Assembly: GCF_031769215.1 (NCBI RefSeq)
Contig: NW_026782423.1
Coordinates: 372,001-436,000 of the forward strand
From: Ylistrum balloti
Taxonomy: Eukaryota
Direction: 5' to 3'
Length of the DNA: 64,000 bases
The first letter of the stretch is position 1. Each line of letters opens with the position of its first letter. Below the pieces are notes generated by a model. The model had not been told where the DNA came from. It worked only from the letters and a program-made list of their open reading frames with translations, and ran no database searches. The translations under genes and the position numbers were made by a program. Shown piece by piece: positions 11,243-25,800 of this stretch.

Positions 11243-13187
11243 AGATTTGGCGAGATTTCCATATTTCATTTAAATGTTGATAGTGTGAGACACAAATTAG
11301 ACAACATTGAAGACATGGCAAATGAATATGACGTTGTGTGTCTAACCGAAACTCATTTAGGTGATCAGGTTACTACCAATGCTTTATGTATTGAAGGTTT
11401 TCATTCTCCTTTTAGACTTTGCCGGGGATGGTATTTTGGTTTATATAAATAGTCTTTTGAAAGTTGATCGTTTGTCTGAATAAGGATATCCTGGTGATTA
11501 GGTAATATGGACCAAAATTAGCCTTCCTCACTCTATTTACATTATTGGAAAGGCTTATAGACCAAAAAACTCTAACTTATCGTTTTGGGAAACTTTCAGG
11601 TTGTCTGTAAATAATGCTCTCGATATATCTCCTAGTGTTAAAGTAACTAGGGATTTAAATGCTGACTTCCTCACTGCTTCAAATAATCATGTGCTGTTTG
11701 ATATCATTAACTCCTTGTCACTAACTAATGTTATAAAATATCCTACTCGTGCTGGACGTACTAGATCTAGCTTACTAGATCCTATACTATTATCTGATTC
11801 TATTTCCTGTATTGACTCTTCTGTATTTTCTATTGGTAGATCTATTAGTGACCATGAATGTTGTACGGCTTCAATTAATATTCCTTGTCTTTTTAAACCG
11901 ATCTATAAACCTAAAATTTGGCAGTAAAAAAGGGCAAATTTTGAAAAATTCAATGAACTTATATCTAATCGTAATTGGATAGATATTGTTTTATAATTGT
12001 GATTAAGTTAATGCTGCCTGTGATTGTTTTACGGACATACTTCTGTCGTTTGCTAATGAGCGTACTCCCAGTAAAGAAGTAAATATACACCCTAATGATA
12101 AGCAGTGGATGACCTCTGAACTTAGAAAAACTTAAAAATAAGGGATAGGCTTCATGAAATAGCAAGGTCAACCAAACGTTTGGTAGATATTGATAAATTG
12201 AAATAACAGTGAAACAAAGTTAATAACATGAAAAAGCATGCACGTGCTACTTTTTATGAAAATGTCTTTGATATCATTGACGGATAGTCGTCTTCGGATA
12301 CAAGTCTTATTGGAAATTAATCAAAAGGTTAATTAAAACGTCCGATACTTCTCAACCTATATCTTCCCTTATAGATCCTGTTACCTATGACATAATTACC
12401 AGAGATGAAGATAAAGCTGTATTATTAGATAGTAGAATCACTAGATTAGAGAACATGTTCTACAGATATTGAAGCTCGACATGGCCTCGGGTTTGGATGG
12501 AACTAGCTACCACATGCTAAAAAATGCTGCACATACTGTTCGTACTCAACTCGAAATTTTATTTAATATGTCTTTATCAGCAGGGATTTATCCAAACAAA
12601 TGGAAATAAGCTAATATCATGCCATTTTTTAAACAGACATTCTCCTTCGAATTATAGACCTATTTCCTTGCTGTCAACTGTTGGTAAAGATTTTGAAAGA
12701 GTGATTTTTAAACATTTGTACAACTATGTTATAAAAAATTCTTTGTTTTACAAATATCAGTGTGGTTTTATGCATGGCCATTCAACAGCGTATCAACTCA
12801 TTAATATTTACCACAAATTTGTATTGCACTTGAAGAAAAAGACATACATGTAATGTATTCTGCGACATTTCCAGAGCCTTTGACAGGGTCTGGCATAGAG
12901 GTCTTTTGGCGAAATTGAAAGCATACGGAATTTCAGGAGAATTGCTTACTTGGATGGAAAAGTATTTATCTCACAGATATCAAAAGGTGTTTTTAAACAG
13001 TTCATATTATTGTGAAGGGCTCATTGAGACAGGAGGCTCTATTCTGGGACCACTTTTATTTCTTATTTTTATCAATCACATAGCAGATGTTTTTGAATCG
13101 ACGTCTCGTCTCTTTGCAGACGATATGTCATTTCTTAAGTCATCTTCATCTTGTCTAGAATTTCAAGAAACGTTGATTAGAGACCTG

Positions 13188-13426
13188 GCCCCACTTGTAT
13201 AAAACATCTCAACTTGAGATTTCCTCAAGTCGAGATTTTCCTCAGCTAATATCTCCTTGAAAATATCTTGTATGAAAATTCCTCAAGGAATTTCAGGACA
13301 TCCTAGCCGATGCCTTCCTCCTGTTCCTTGAGAATATTTTGTACAAGCCGTTTTTGAGGAGATATCAGCTGAGGAAAATCTCGACTTGAGGAAATCTCAA
13401 GTTGAGATGTTTTATACAATTGGGGC
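13188..13426. mobile_element. 239-bp MITE (PIF/Harbinger-like) inserted in the LINE RT
   Basis: ~75-bp terminal inverted repeats (gccccacttgtataaaacatctcaacttgagatttcc... / ...ggaaatctcaagttgagatgttttatacaattggggc). Flanks are CTG (13185-13187) and ATG (13427-13429), an imperfect 3-bp TSD. Excision restores RT reading IRDLKTLNTWSKT. Confidence 0.85.
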
Positions 13427-15464
13427 ATGAAGACTTTAAATACTTGGTCAAAAACTTAGTTGGTTAATTTTAATCCTGAAAAAAACCCAAATGTATTATT
13501 TATATTAAATTCAACTGATATCGAAGAAGATTTAGACTTTGAGATGGAAAGTTTTAAATTTTACAGACTATCATAAACATTTAGGTGTAACCTTTAATTC
13601 GAATGCAAAGTGGGGGGATAATGTAAATGAAATTGACACTTCGGTTTTGAAAAATTAATGTCTGAAGGAAATTGAAACGCTTATTACGTAGGGGTGCTCT
13701 TTTAAAATAATTATAAGACGTTTATTTTACCTGTTTTAGAATATACTTGTGAGTTGTGGGACGGTTGCAGTATGTTTGAATCAGAAAAGTTAGAAAAAGC
13801 CCAACGTGAAGCGGCTCGCATTATCTTAGGACTGCCTTCATATTCCCCTATTAATACTTTATACTACGAAACGGGTCTTGAAACCCTATCTAATCGCAGA
13901 AAAATAGGAAATTTCAACTAAGGTAGAAGATGCGTAATAAATTAACTCCTGAATACCTTGATCATCTTTTGCCGCCTTTCTCTGGCGAAAATAATCGTTA
14001 CGACTTACGTAACAATAATAACTATAGGATTCCTCCTTTCAGAATGTCTCTAACTAATTCTTCTTTTCTTCCTTCTAAAATTTACTGTTGGAATAACTAA
14101 GAAAATTTGGTTCGATCCCAACCCACTATTAATTCATTCAAATCTTGTTTAACACAAAATAATCAGTTAAACCCACCAATTCACTATAAAATTGGAAATC
14201 GCAAACTTAATACATTGCAAACTAAGCTCTGACACCATTGCAGTTCCCTTAATTATGGCCTTTTTAGAGTTGATATCGTTGAGAATGCCTCTTGTGAATG
14301 TGGTCATCCTTGTGAGAATGTCTTTCACTATTTTATTTAATGTCAACGTTTCTCGAACGAAAGACGTGTTTTAGTTAAAAATCAAATAATTGGAACGTTG
14401 CGTTAGATATAGAAATTCTATTGTTTGGCAATTCTCAATTTTCCGTGGACCTTAATGCAAACATTTTTAGATCTGTGCAAAACTGTATTTAATCCAACAA
14501 GAGATTTTTATGCCAGTGTGTAACAATAATTGTCATGATTGTAATATCATTTGAAATGTATATTGGGAGAAGGCTTTGATAAGTTGCAATAACTAATCCT
14601 AACTTTAAACGGAAGTGTGGCTGGAACTTTCTTATCCACATTTGTTTTTGTTTTTGTTTTTTTTTCAGCAAAAAAAAACGCAGTTGATGTGATATTGGTC
14701 AAATTCTTTTAAATATATGTCTTTATATTGATTTTCTGGGTCTCAGCAGTGTTTACAACTTTACCCTCCTTTTTCTACCAAGATTAAGTAAATATTGCTT
14801 AAAAAACTGAAGGCTCTAAAGAATTTTTGATTTGTTAAACAAAACGAAAACACAATAGCAGAGAGAAGAGAAAACGGTGGGTGAGAGCAATCTGGTTTTA
14901 GTTATGAAAACTGGTTAAACGTAAGCACCACCTTTACAAATCCGACTAAAACTATATTGTCTTTAACCATATTTTGATTACATTTCATTACATTACTCAC
15001 TTCTTATCTCTGTGTAACTCTGAAAGGGAAACTTTTGTATATTTATTTTGAAGACTTTTTTTTATCATTTTTTTATAATCTAAATATGTTGTCAAAGACT
15101 TTATTCATACATTTTCTATTGTCATGGAAACACATAACCCTCATCACAAATTTAAGGTGTTTTGGTCCAACGCTCTGAAACCTTTCAAGATAATTGCTAA
15201 AAACATCTTACACTTATTAAGCTAGTAGTATATTTTGCTATGGGGAAGTTCTCCATTAAATGCTTTATCTGTTATGATGGATAGCCCAGATCACAAAGTT
15301 CAGTTTTTTTCAGATCAGTTCTCTTAAACCTTTCAAGGTAATTACCCGGTACTCAGAACTTTGTACATGCATCAAGCTAGTACTCTAGTAGAACTTCTCA
15401 ATTTCATTACTTTGTATGGAACAATTAAAGATAAGAAACAGAAATTAAACTTGTTGTAATATTA

Positions 15465-15520
15465 ACACACACACTCTCACATACACACACCACACACACG
15501 CCCACCCTCACACACACCAC
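15465..15520. repeat. Imperfect (CA)n microsatellite
   Basis: acacacacactctcacatacacacaccacacacacgcccaccctcacacacaccac. Confidence 0.8.
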
Positions 15521-16819
15521 TGCCGGTTTATGTAACAAACCGAGGTAAATTTGAAACAATTACAGGAAGAAGCAAAGTGAGGTCTACCGAAATTAACGAT
15601 GGGAATGGAATACATTTCTGATTAACATGTTTAAAACTATCGCCAAAGCTTGAGCGGTACATAGATTAACAGTTATTCTGATATTTGAAAATTTGAATTT
15701 TCACATACATTGTGAGACACAATTGTGTCATGTCATGTCGTGGTATAGACAAACTGAGGTAAACACACTCAAATCCAATTTAACCCAATCCAGCGTAGTA
15801 AGGTACATAAAACTTATCTCACTTTAACGAACTACTGTTAACAAACACAATGTAGTAATTCCAGCCAACCTAGCCATGTACCTCAATTTAACGAAATTCT
15901 GTTAGCCCCTTAACTCCCAGCTACGCATTTCTACGCATTGTGACGTCGATGTTGGAAAAATTGTCATATCTCCCTTATTGGTGGAGGTATTGACCTACTG
16001 ATTATATCTCGTGAATTTGTAGAAAATGCTTAACATGTTTTATTAGTAGTAAATTTTGATTTGGTAAATATTTCTTGCGCTTTTTGCGTGTTGAAAATAT
16101 AAGGCATTTTTCCCGAACATTGATGACGTCGTGTGCACGTTGTACGTAAATGTCTATTCGCGGGTCCAGTTTGTATTCCACGTATATGTTAATAAAGACT
16201 GAGATATTTCTCTCGAATGTTAATACATGGATACCTTATATCCAAAATCGTATGCACGTACATTGCGCGTCTGTATTGATAAAGAAGCGATTGAAATTCT
16301 CTTTTTTGAACATGCCTCCATTTACGATCGTTGCCGAATCAAAGTCGGAAAATCCTTTAGACGTTTCCGTGAGATGATACCTTTACAATACAATGTATGT
16401 CCTATTAAGACTATACGGCGATCCCTCGAATGATTATACACATGCATTTTTCCTGTGATATGACTTCAGAAAACGCGATAAATTTGAAAATCAGGTTTTT
16501 ATGCATATAAAACAATGACTGCACTCAACTTACACAACTGATAAATATGAATTCATTAATATAGGTGTTCCATGCTTGTTCAATAAAAAAGTACAAACTT
16601 GTAGGATACGCTTACGAATAGATTTGTAAACGAACGGAAGAAATTGGAAAAAAATCAATAAAAAATAACAGAATAACCCATCCTATTCATGTAAATAGTT
16701 ATATATTTTACATACAATATGCAATGATAAAATCCGACTAAATTCATTACATCAGTTTCATCAGTCTCTGACACGATCGGTGTGCATAAGATGGCGATGA
16801 CACGGAGATAGATCGAAGT

Positions 16820-16960
16820 CTGTGGTAACACATTCGTATATGTGGATATGTCGGCATGTGTTAGTGAAGCCATGAATGTTGATCATCTTGCGTTCACTTT
16901 TTGGAAGTGTCGATTTTCTGGTAATTAAACTTTGTTTCGATATCCACACAAATTTTATTT
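16820..16960 (-). repeat. Dispersed repeat fragment, homologous to 41890-42075 (+)
   Basis: Minus strand here has cttccaaaaagtgaacgcaagatgatcaac and gccgacatatccacatatacgaatg. The 41.9-42.07 kb segment has ctgcctaaaagcgagcgcaaattggtgaac and gtcggcacatccacacgtaccgatg. Confidence 0.55.
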
Positions 16961-17104
16961 TAGCTGATATACCACCCAGCTTAGTATGTTGATATCGTCG
17001 TGTTTTTCTCACATGAAAGCTTTTGCTGGAAGCAACCGGCGACAAAACTACGACAATCATTGTGTTAAATGACCTCTATCACTATCGTCATGGTTTATAT
17101 AATG

Positions 17105-17270
17105 GCTTCGGCGGTGTACTTCAGTGTAGTAGCACTTTCAGTTCCGTACTATCACAAGGGGGCTTACACGATTAAGCCTCCAACTACTTGCACTCGGCTC
17201 ACTTACAGAATTAAGTCGTGTTTAAGATGAGTATAGCAATAAATAGGACGTTAGACAGTATAAAACCATA
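17105..17270 (+). mobile_element. Probable 3' fragment of a bivalve SINE-like repeat
   Basis: cttcggcggtgtacttcagtgtagtagcact...actatcacaagg...gcctcc...aataggacgttagacagtataaaacc resembles the tail of a common bivalve SINE as remembered; not verified by search. Confidence 0.35.
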
Positions 17271-18000
17271 AATCTTAAATCAAGTTTTTTTTTCTGGACA
17301 GATAACGAAAAAATAAATAACTGCCATTACAAAAACGTTTTTGACTCGATTTCTACCTGGGTTGTCTTTATCTTTTTAATTTTAATTTTCTACTTTATTT
17401 CTTGGTTTGATATTCAGGTATTCCTTATATTTATATTCTGACCCTCGTTTCTATTAATTTAAGCTTTGTATGCCTGTTTGTGTTCTAATGTATAGATGAA
17501 TATAATTCAGGAGTTATATTCCATATCAGAAGAGAAAAATAGGTGTTTACTTGTTAATTGTATAAACGATGTAACGTATAAAACGGGCATGCAACCAGGC
17601 AACTATACACTGGGGTTTAATGTAAAGCCTTTAGCGCAGTTTAGCTGTTAAACAACACCTTTGTCACTACCATTCGTAGAACTAGGAAATCTGGGTTACA
17701 ACCGTATTGTGATAATGTTACTCAAGAAGTAAAATTAATTGGTAGATTTGAAATAACTCCAAACAGCTTTTGACCAATCTTAAACATTTTTTCTAAACGC
17801 ATTTCTTCAAGAAAGTTTGATATTTCAACTCTGTACACTATCATACCCAACCATTATAGGAAAGAACGCCTTCGTTCCGTTGCTGCGAGCGTTTTCTATT
17901 CCACGAAAGTTGGACGATGGTATCAGTGTACGGTTGTAAACTATACTAAGCGAAGAAGTACACGAAGAACAAAATAATAAAAGTGACCGAGTTTCTAGAT

Positions 18001-18530
18001 AACTTCTTTATCGAGTTTGGTGGTAAGATCTCCTAACAGGCTATTGACATACCTGTAGGAACTAACTTTGCCCCTGGGTTGGTTGACTTGTTTTTGTTTT
18101 CATATGAGGTTGAATTTATATAAATTAAAGACGTCTTGTCGTTAAATAACACGAAATTTATTGACCACGTCTATTGCACATTTTTGTCTAAAAATATTAG
18201 AATTGAAAGTCAATAGGTTCTTCTACATCAGCCGCTCGATATCTTCCTAAAACGAAGCCACCATGACAGTTTTCCACCAAGTTGTATGATAAGTGTGGTG
18301 ATTTCAATTTCCTCTTGTGAATTTCGCATTTCTGGATAGCAACCTTCCTGCATCCCTAACCTATTGTGTTTGCATGTCGCAGTTGATTCAATATTCAAGG
18401 GGTTCTTCTTTTAATCACTATTTTCCTGCAAGAAGTCTTAAAATGACAGACAAATTGGTAACACAGCGTTTCGAATGATGCAAGTTGATGAAAGGTAAGA
18501 CTAGGTATTCATGATAGAGTAGATTTCCTT
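18001..18530 (+). mobile_element. Second, more degraded Penelope-like RT fragment (same family as 3050-4010)
   Basis: Reads FIEFGGKI..IDIPVGTNFAPGLVDLFLFSYEVEFI, then DVLSLNN..FIDH, KLYDK.GDFNF, NFAFLDSNLP and SQLIQYSRG in shifting frames. Confidence 0.7.
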
Positions 18531-19051
18531 CCAGAATAAACGATATAATATTTTGGTTATTCAGATTAATTTCTAATTTTAAACATTTGCCCTTGATTAT
18601 ATAATGCTATACATTAAGTATTCTCGAGGTTTTTAAATCAAAATAAGTATATATTTACCACAACTGAATTCTTGTTGATCAAATCATAGCACCAGGGTTT
18701 TAGCCATAATCTTCTGATTTAAAAAAAAAATATTATATACATTTTCACAGTCCAATTATTATTTTTGGGTCGATTTTGTAGATATTGTTTGATTAATCAA
18801 TTTTGAATAAAACTGAATTATAGTGAGAGACTGTGGTTTATTGTCTCTTAATTCCCTCGGTGTTAAATGGTCTGTATAATGTAATCCTGCCGACTGACTT
18901 CTTCTGCTAACGGCTATACTGTAGCGTTGACGTCGTTACTGTGTTGGTCGATGGGTTTACTATGATAAGGGTTCTGATTACGAATGAAGTCATACATGTT
19001 ACAAGCTATTACGCTCTATCTTATAATATTTAATGCAATCTAACTCTGCTC

Positions 19052-19095
19052 TATTTAAATACGTGGCATACATCAAAATTTAGTCACCATTCCAG
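19052..19095 (+). promoter_or_regulatory. Possible TATA-like box, Inr and short non-coding first exon of the oxidase gene
   Basis: TATTTAAA at 19052, TTAGTC about 28 nt downstream, then CCAG|GTATGT donor at 19095/19096. The coding ATG at 19815 directly follows an acceptor (ttttcag|ATG), so an upstream UTR exon is likely. Confidence 0.35.
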
Positions 19096-19814
19096 GTATG
19101 TTTCAGTGTCCGGGTGAATTTCGTTATGCAAGAGATAGTTTGTTGCTATGTTATCATTCCTTTACTGGTTATTACTGTTCCTGTAAGATATAAGGCCGCT
19201 GATCGTTCGATTGTTTATCTGATGTTATTGTATCGACTGCAACCTCCTATATCTGTATTTATAGTTGAAAATTTGATGACGCCTATGTGTAGTCGCACTT
19301 AAGGTATCACTTATCCCATTTAGATATTCCACTCACTGTCATGTAGCATACTTCTCTTCTAGTTCTTTGCTGTCCAGATATGGCAAGATAGTAACGTATG
19401 CTTTGTACGAAACGCATGAACCAGTGACAAGAGTAGTTAGTCCGTTTTATTTACCATGTGCATAGTTGTATTTCATTTTTGTTAATGACATGACATTTTA
19501 AACTCATTAGTGTAGGTGTTGATGTTTTGTCAACGTTATGTTGAAAAATGGATAAATAATTATTTATCCAGTTTTGCAGGAATGGGTTAGGGATTTTGTC
19601 ATTGATTTTCAGAAAGAACATTAAGGTTTATTAAAAATGCTATATGTTGGCAAAATGTGAACTTTGAAAACGTGACAGTCAGGATCGGGTTAATCGCCTT
19701 TGAAAAGTTAGAGGTTACAAGGGACGTGTCCGAATTTATCATCGTGTAAATATTTAACACTGTTGGAGTATTTTATCACCCACGTGTGTTGTGTACATTT
19801 TCAACTGTTTTCAG

Positions 19815-22800
19815 ATGCGTCGCCGTGTGTGTGTACTGGGTGCCGGAGTGATAGGACTGTCATCAGCTGTGTTTATCCAGGACTTGATCCCAGACGTTGA
19901 CGTCACAGTAGTGGCAGATACATGTACGCCATTCACACTGTCGGACGATTGTGCTGGCTTATGGATGCCATACCTTGTAGATTTAACGGACAAAGACGTC
20001 ATGTAAATAAAAATTTATATGAGAATCTCTGTCAAATGTCGTGCTATAACTATGATCACTTATATATATATGTATGGCTGAAACTTTAGTACTATTTCCC
20101 AATTATTACAATCTATGTTTAACTTTAGCCATATGGCCAATCATTATACAAATATACAACACCATGTACTTAGTTGTACAATATAGAATATGTGAAATTC
20201 TTGCTGAAAAAGGATACATGTTTCATTAAGAAAAAATACCATAAACCGCCACCATGTGTTAGTGATTTAGCTGCCTTCCACTTGACACATATTACATGCT
20301 ATAATCAAACGAAACCAGAACTTCTCTTGATATAGGATGAAATTATTGCCATTTCGGCCGTTCGAATATGTTCAGTCCTTAGAACAAACATAACGTCTAC
20401 AGTACGTTAATGATAGGGAAGATATGTCAGTAAAAGGTCGTAATCGTTGTAACCAACCAAATGTTTACAATAATGCTAAGAAGATACATGAAAAACGTCG
20501 TAGTCCTAATTAAGGCTTATTTGTTATCATACAATGATAGCACTCTCTAACAAAACAGAGATAAAAAGGTAAAACCCCAAGAAAACGCAGTTCATCTTGT
20601 TCTAGCAAAATCAGAATGGTACATTACGTTTCTGTTGTTCTCTTGACAAGTTTATAAAAATCAACACAGTATATAATTCTTCCCTCCATGTGTTATTTAT
20701 ATATAGATGTAGACTTCTTGATAGAATTTTGGAGAATGTTTCGCGTTTTATATTTTAAGGCGATGGTCAAGTGACACGTTTGACTACCTTAAAAGTCTTG
20801 GTCATTCAGAAGAAGCCGGTGACGCTGGAATACAGTTTGTGTCTGGGTACTACTTTGTGAGGGAATCAGCATATACAGGCCAGGTATCTAGGACAATAGT
20901 GTAATAAAAAATGATAATCATTTATAGTTATAACAAGTTGTATTCAGTATTTATATGTAACATAAGAGGGTAATGTAAAGGTCATAGGGGATTTCGAATT
21001 AAAAATATCTGCACACTCTCTCTACACGGGCACGTTAACCAATGTTACATTTCATAAGGTAGTACATGTCTGTTATCGGTGATCACTTATCATTTCCCTG
21101 GCACATAACTCCTGCAAGATTGTACAAAAGACACACAAGTTATTAGTACCTTTTACAGTTGTTACATGTTGTGGAGCTATAAACAATTAACTTTACTGCA
21201 TCATACTGCTATTTCGTCCTTCTAGGACTCGTCATTGACGTTAACCGCGACTGAGGAAAATCCAATGTGATGAAAAGAAAAGTCAAAATCTAGATGCGGA
21301 GGCGCACAAGTCCCGTAATCAATAAATTTCGTAATTTTCATAAATGTCATGAACAAGTGTTTATTGAAACGATGTTTGTTTATTTATGTAATACACAAGC
21401 ATTATTTGATACCCGTATATAGATACAAGTGTAAAAATACAACTAAGGTAAACGACACAGCTTACCTATATAATATACAGGCGAGGTAACTACTTCATCA
21501 AGTATAAATGCAATACAGGTACGCACATTGCGCAGGTATGGTACATATTTTACCTAGATATGAATTTATTTCAGATAATATGCATATTTTATGAATGTAG
21601 GGATACAACATACAGACAATAATCTCTACATACTGTTTATCATACTCATTTATGTATCCGATGCATTGCTTATGATTTGAAGAAAGAAACATAAAAGTTT
21701 TGTTAACTAATAATTATACATAATGCCTTAATATTCAAGTGTACTATTACCAGGAACCTCCATGGAAGGACCTTGTTGTAGGGTTCCGTAAACTGACGCC
21801 AGAGGAACTTCAAATAAGCCCTAAGGCACGGTCAGTTTCCCTTTATTTTTATCAAATTTATAAGTCGAATTAGGGTATGAATGTATAAATGATAATTATT
21901 ATTAATCTTTTGAGCCCTGAATATGCGCGTAATTAGAAGTCATTACGTTGAACATACATGTATGTAACATATTGTGCGATTGTGATTGTGTAAGAAATAG
22001 GAGTAAAGGAGGAATTTTGAAGTATTTATTTAAAACCCTCATGATAACATGAACTATTCTTACACTATTTTTAATCAGGATATCAGGATAATCATATATG
22101 TTGGACACACTCTCGAAATGTTTCTATTATACTTTTGTTTCATCATTTCAGCGATGGCTATTTCTTAACGACAGTGATAATGGATGTAAAGCGTTATCTT
22201 CCTTGGCTCACGAAAAGGTAAATCTATTAACATAGATTCCAAAATGATTTTGAGCTAGTTATCTGTATTTATACATTTGATTGTTTTATGTTATTAATAG
22301 ATGCTATGGGCCAAGATTACTATTTATCTGATAATCTGTATTCGATTTAACGTTCCGTTGCAGGATATTAGATAGACGTGGGAGGATTCAGAATAGAAAG
22401 ATCCAAAACTTGGATGAGGTAGGGACATTCTGCATTGAAATGTAACTAAATGTATGAACATTATTACTATCAAAATTGTTTCTATTGTAATGTTTTGTGC
22501 TGTATATAATTAAAATATATATTATACAATTTTAAAGTTTATTCCCTCTTCCGTTATCATTGCCTTCGAAATATCTCTTAAGTTCATATGTTTATTACTG
22601 ATTGTGGCAATATCGAATGCCAATCAGATTATTATAGGGCGAGACAATACCTGTAAGTACATTCAATAACTGGAATAAATGGAATTTTATATTATGTTAC
22701 CGAACGATGTGTGATGACGTCGTGATACTGTCGACTGTAACGTCAACTTCCTTGGTTTTTTAGGTAGAATTAAATTACTTCATATTTGTGCCGTGAAAGG

Positions 22801-25800
22801 TCGATGGGAAATGCAAAACGTCGTCAAATTCTAATACTTTAAGACGGCAATACTGTGGTTAGTTGAGATAATGCCGTATTCCAGATGAAGATCGTTATTT
22901 GTTTCTTTCATCGCAATCCGCTCAACTGTGTTGTTGCTGACGTTCTTCAGCTGACAGAAGAATATGACGTTGTGGTGAACTGCTCTGGGATGGGTGCTAA
23001 CCAGTTGTGTAATGATTCACTTCTTCGTCCGCTCAGAGGGCAAGTGATAAAGGTTCGTATATCAAGAATTGTACAAAAGACATCTGTAGGTTCAGCTCTG
23101 ATTCTTTGTTGGCGATGACTTTACAATATTGTCAACGTTATTGAGTTAGATGTCAGACAGTCTTGCAGACAATGGGAGCACACTTCTTGATTGCAGCTGA
23201 CACTGGCGATGTCCCCGAAGTTTTAATTTACTCGAATAGTGCCACGGTTCAGAACATACATATGGTCACATGTCATTGACGTTGTTCTGGAATTTAAGTG
23301 TCAGGATAAGTGGAAATTAAGAAGTTAATTGAACTATTGGGCTAAAGCGCCTCCCAAGCTGTATTTTGTTCGTATTTACTTTTGAAAGGTGATAGTGAAT
23401 TGTGTGTCTTTTACACAACCTTAGCACCCCTCTCAACTCCAAAGACATTTCGGTACTCTACCGTCATAGGTTTAATTCAATCATCATATAGTTTAACATT
23501 ACCACATTATTATCATTTACTAGTAGGCTTCAGTTAAGCTTGGCGATGTTGCATTTTCTTTTGCGATACTTTCCTCTCTCTGTATCGCTCCGGAGTACTG
23601 TGTCGTAGTTGATTTGTTACCAAATACCTTTCTCATCATACCATGAGGTCTGATCTTATATAGATGCTAACGAAGAGGGTTTTTGAAAGTGTCATATTGC
23701 CTGTTAACGAAGAAATGGGTTAGAAAGTTACAGATTATTTTGTTTTCGCAGACTAATAACATATATCTTCATTTTTTGCACGGAATGGGGGTTGGTTTTT
23801 GGTTTGACGATGCGTTACTCCGATTCTCTATTTGAGGTAACCTAGACGCCTGGCGGATGTCTTCGCTTAAGCAGAAGGCCATCTCATCCACATCTTTTCA
23901 TTCGTGTTCACATTTTTCTGTACGCTATTTCAAATGATAAAGGGACATAATTTCTGTTATATACATACCTAATACAAGAAATAGCTTGTGGTAAAAAACC
24001 AAAAAAGTAATTGGCTAAAATTGATGATGTTATTTTGAAAATATTGTGTATTTGAAATGCTTCCTCTTTGTCAAATGTATTATGCGCTATAGACCCATTT
24101 CGTTTGGCTCCTCGAATATGATGTAAATTATAAATTTATTTCGATGATGTGTGATAATCAATGATAATTAACAAAAAATAACTGAAGACAGCGAAACCTT
24201 ACTTTAACATTGGTACAATTTTGCAGAATGAAGCATAGTAAAAAAACAAATTAACACCATTAAATATTTCATTTGCAGGTATCTGCTCCCTGGGTTAAAC
24301 ACTTTTACATAAATCCAGATCCTACAGATGAACATAAAGAAGTATACATACTTCCAGGGTAAGCTGTAAATGGTTTATAATGCAAACAACATATTCCCAG
24401 TTCTTTAAATATTTAAAAAAAAAAACCCGTAGTTCTTTAAGCCGCAAATGTCCTTCTTATCTTAGAAAAGCAAAACATGTACATAAGAACTGTTGTACTG
24501 GAAGTCGTAGATGTCATTGAAATTTCAGCTATAAAGAACTTGTCAGCAGTCCTTACCATTGATAATTATTTTCAAAGTATAAAACTACTGATGCATGTAA
24601 GTTTACGCTTTTTTCATAAAATAATTGTGTGAAATGAATGCTGAACATTTACTTAACATTTAAGACAATGTGCAGAAAAAATGTTGAATTCATTGTTCGG
24701 AAAGAGATTCATTGTTTGGCATAGGTATATTCCAGATTTCTATGTTTATCACAAACAGCGATTGAAAACTATATTTTGCAGTTTTTATAGCTTTCTGTGG
24801 CTATTTGTACTAAAGATAAACAAATTTCTTGAATTCAATTATGGCAATGGCAAATATTTCTTTTGTGAAGGATCAGGCTTAACAAGGTTGTTTTAAAAAG
24901 TTTTTTACGTCATGATTTTAAACAGTTTTTATATCACGATTTGAATTATAAGATAGATATGACCATTAGGTTTAAACAAGAACATTTATTATATTGCCAG
25001 GCCATATGATGTAACTCTAGGGGGTACTGGTCAACTCAACGACTGGAATATTGATATGGATGAGAAAGATAAGCAGAGAATATTAAAGGATGTGTGCAAA
25101 CTTGTGCCAAGCCTCCGGGTACGTTTTAAGGGGCATTATTATATTAAATGCGACATCTCGAAATTCAGTGCATCATCATGCTATATGAAGTGTCACATAA
25201 TATAGTTAACTATTGACTGTGCAACGTCTCATAAAACAGTACATTATAGTGCTAAATGTGACGTCATTTAATACGATACATTATAGTACTAAATGTGCCA
25301 GACGTCACATCTAGCATTATAATTTACTGCATTATGGGCCGTCTCACGATACAGTATATAATAATGCTAAATGTGACATTTCATAATAAAGCACATTAAA
25401 ATGCTATTATATAGTATTTAATAGTGCTAAATTTGGCTTCTGATAATACTTTATGTAGTAGTGCTAAATGTGAATTATCATAACAAACAACATTATAGTG
25501 TTAGATTTAGCTTTTCGTAATACAGTATATCACAGGACCAAATCTGACGTCTCATAATACAGTACACTGTAGTGCTAAATGTGACTTCTCATAATACAGT
25601 ACATTATAGTGCTGAATTTGACGTCTCATAACTGCTCATCATAGTGATAAGTGTGATTTTTATAGCACAGTGTATTTAAGTTTTAAGCGATGTGTCAGGA
25701 TACAGTGCATTGTAGTTAAACGCGACGTCTAATACTACAGTATATTATAAAGCAACGTTTTTTGGTATAGTAGTTTTCAACTTTACTTTCTCGATAATCA

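Larger units (their letters stand above)
11123..14600 (+). mobile_element. Decayed APE-type non-LTR retrotransposon (CR1/L2 group), ORF2 endonuclease + RT
   Basis: APE motifs HLNVDSV, CLTETHL, DLNAD, SDHE. RT motifs NYRPISLLSTVGK, QCGF..GHST, FCDISRAFDRVWH, GSILGPLLFLIFIN, LFADD, W...FNPEKT. Many stops and frameshifts. 3' UTR-like tail near 14500-14600. Confidence 0.92.
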
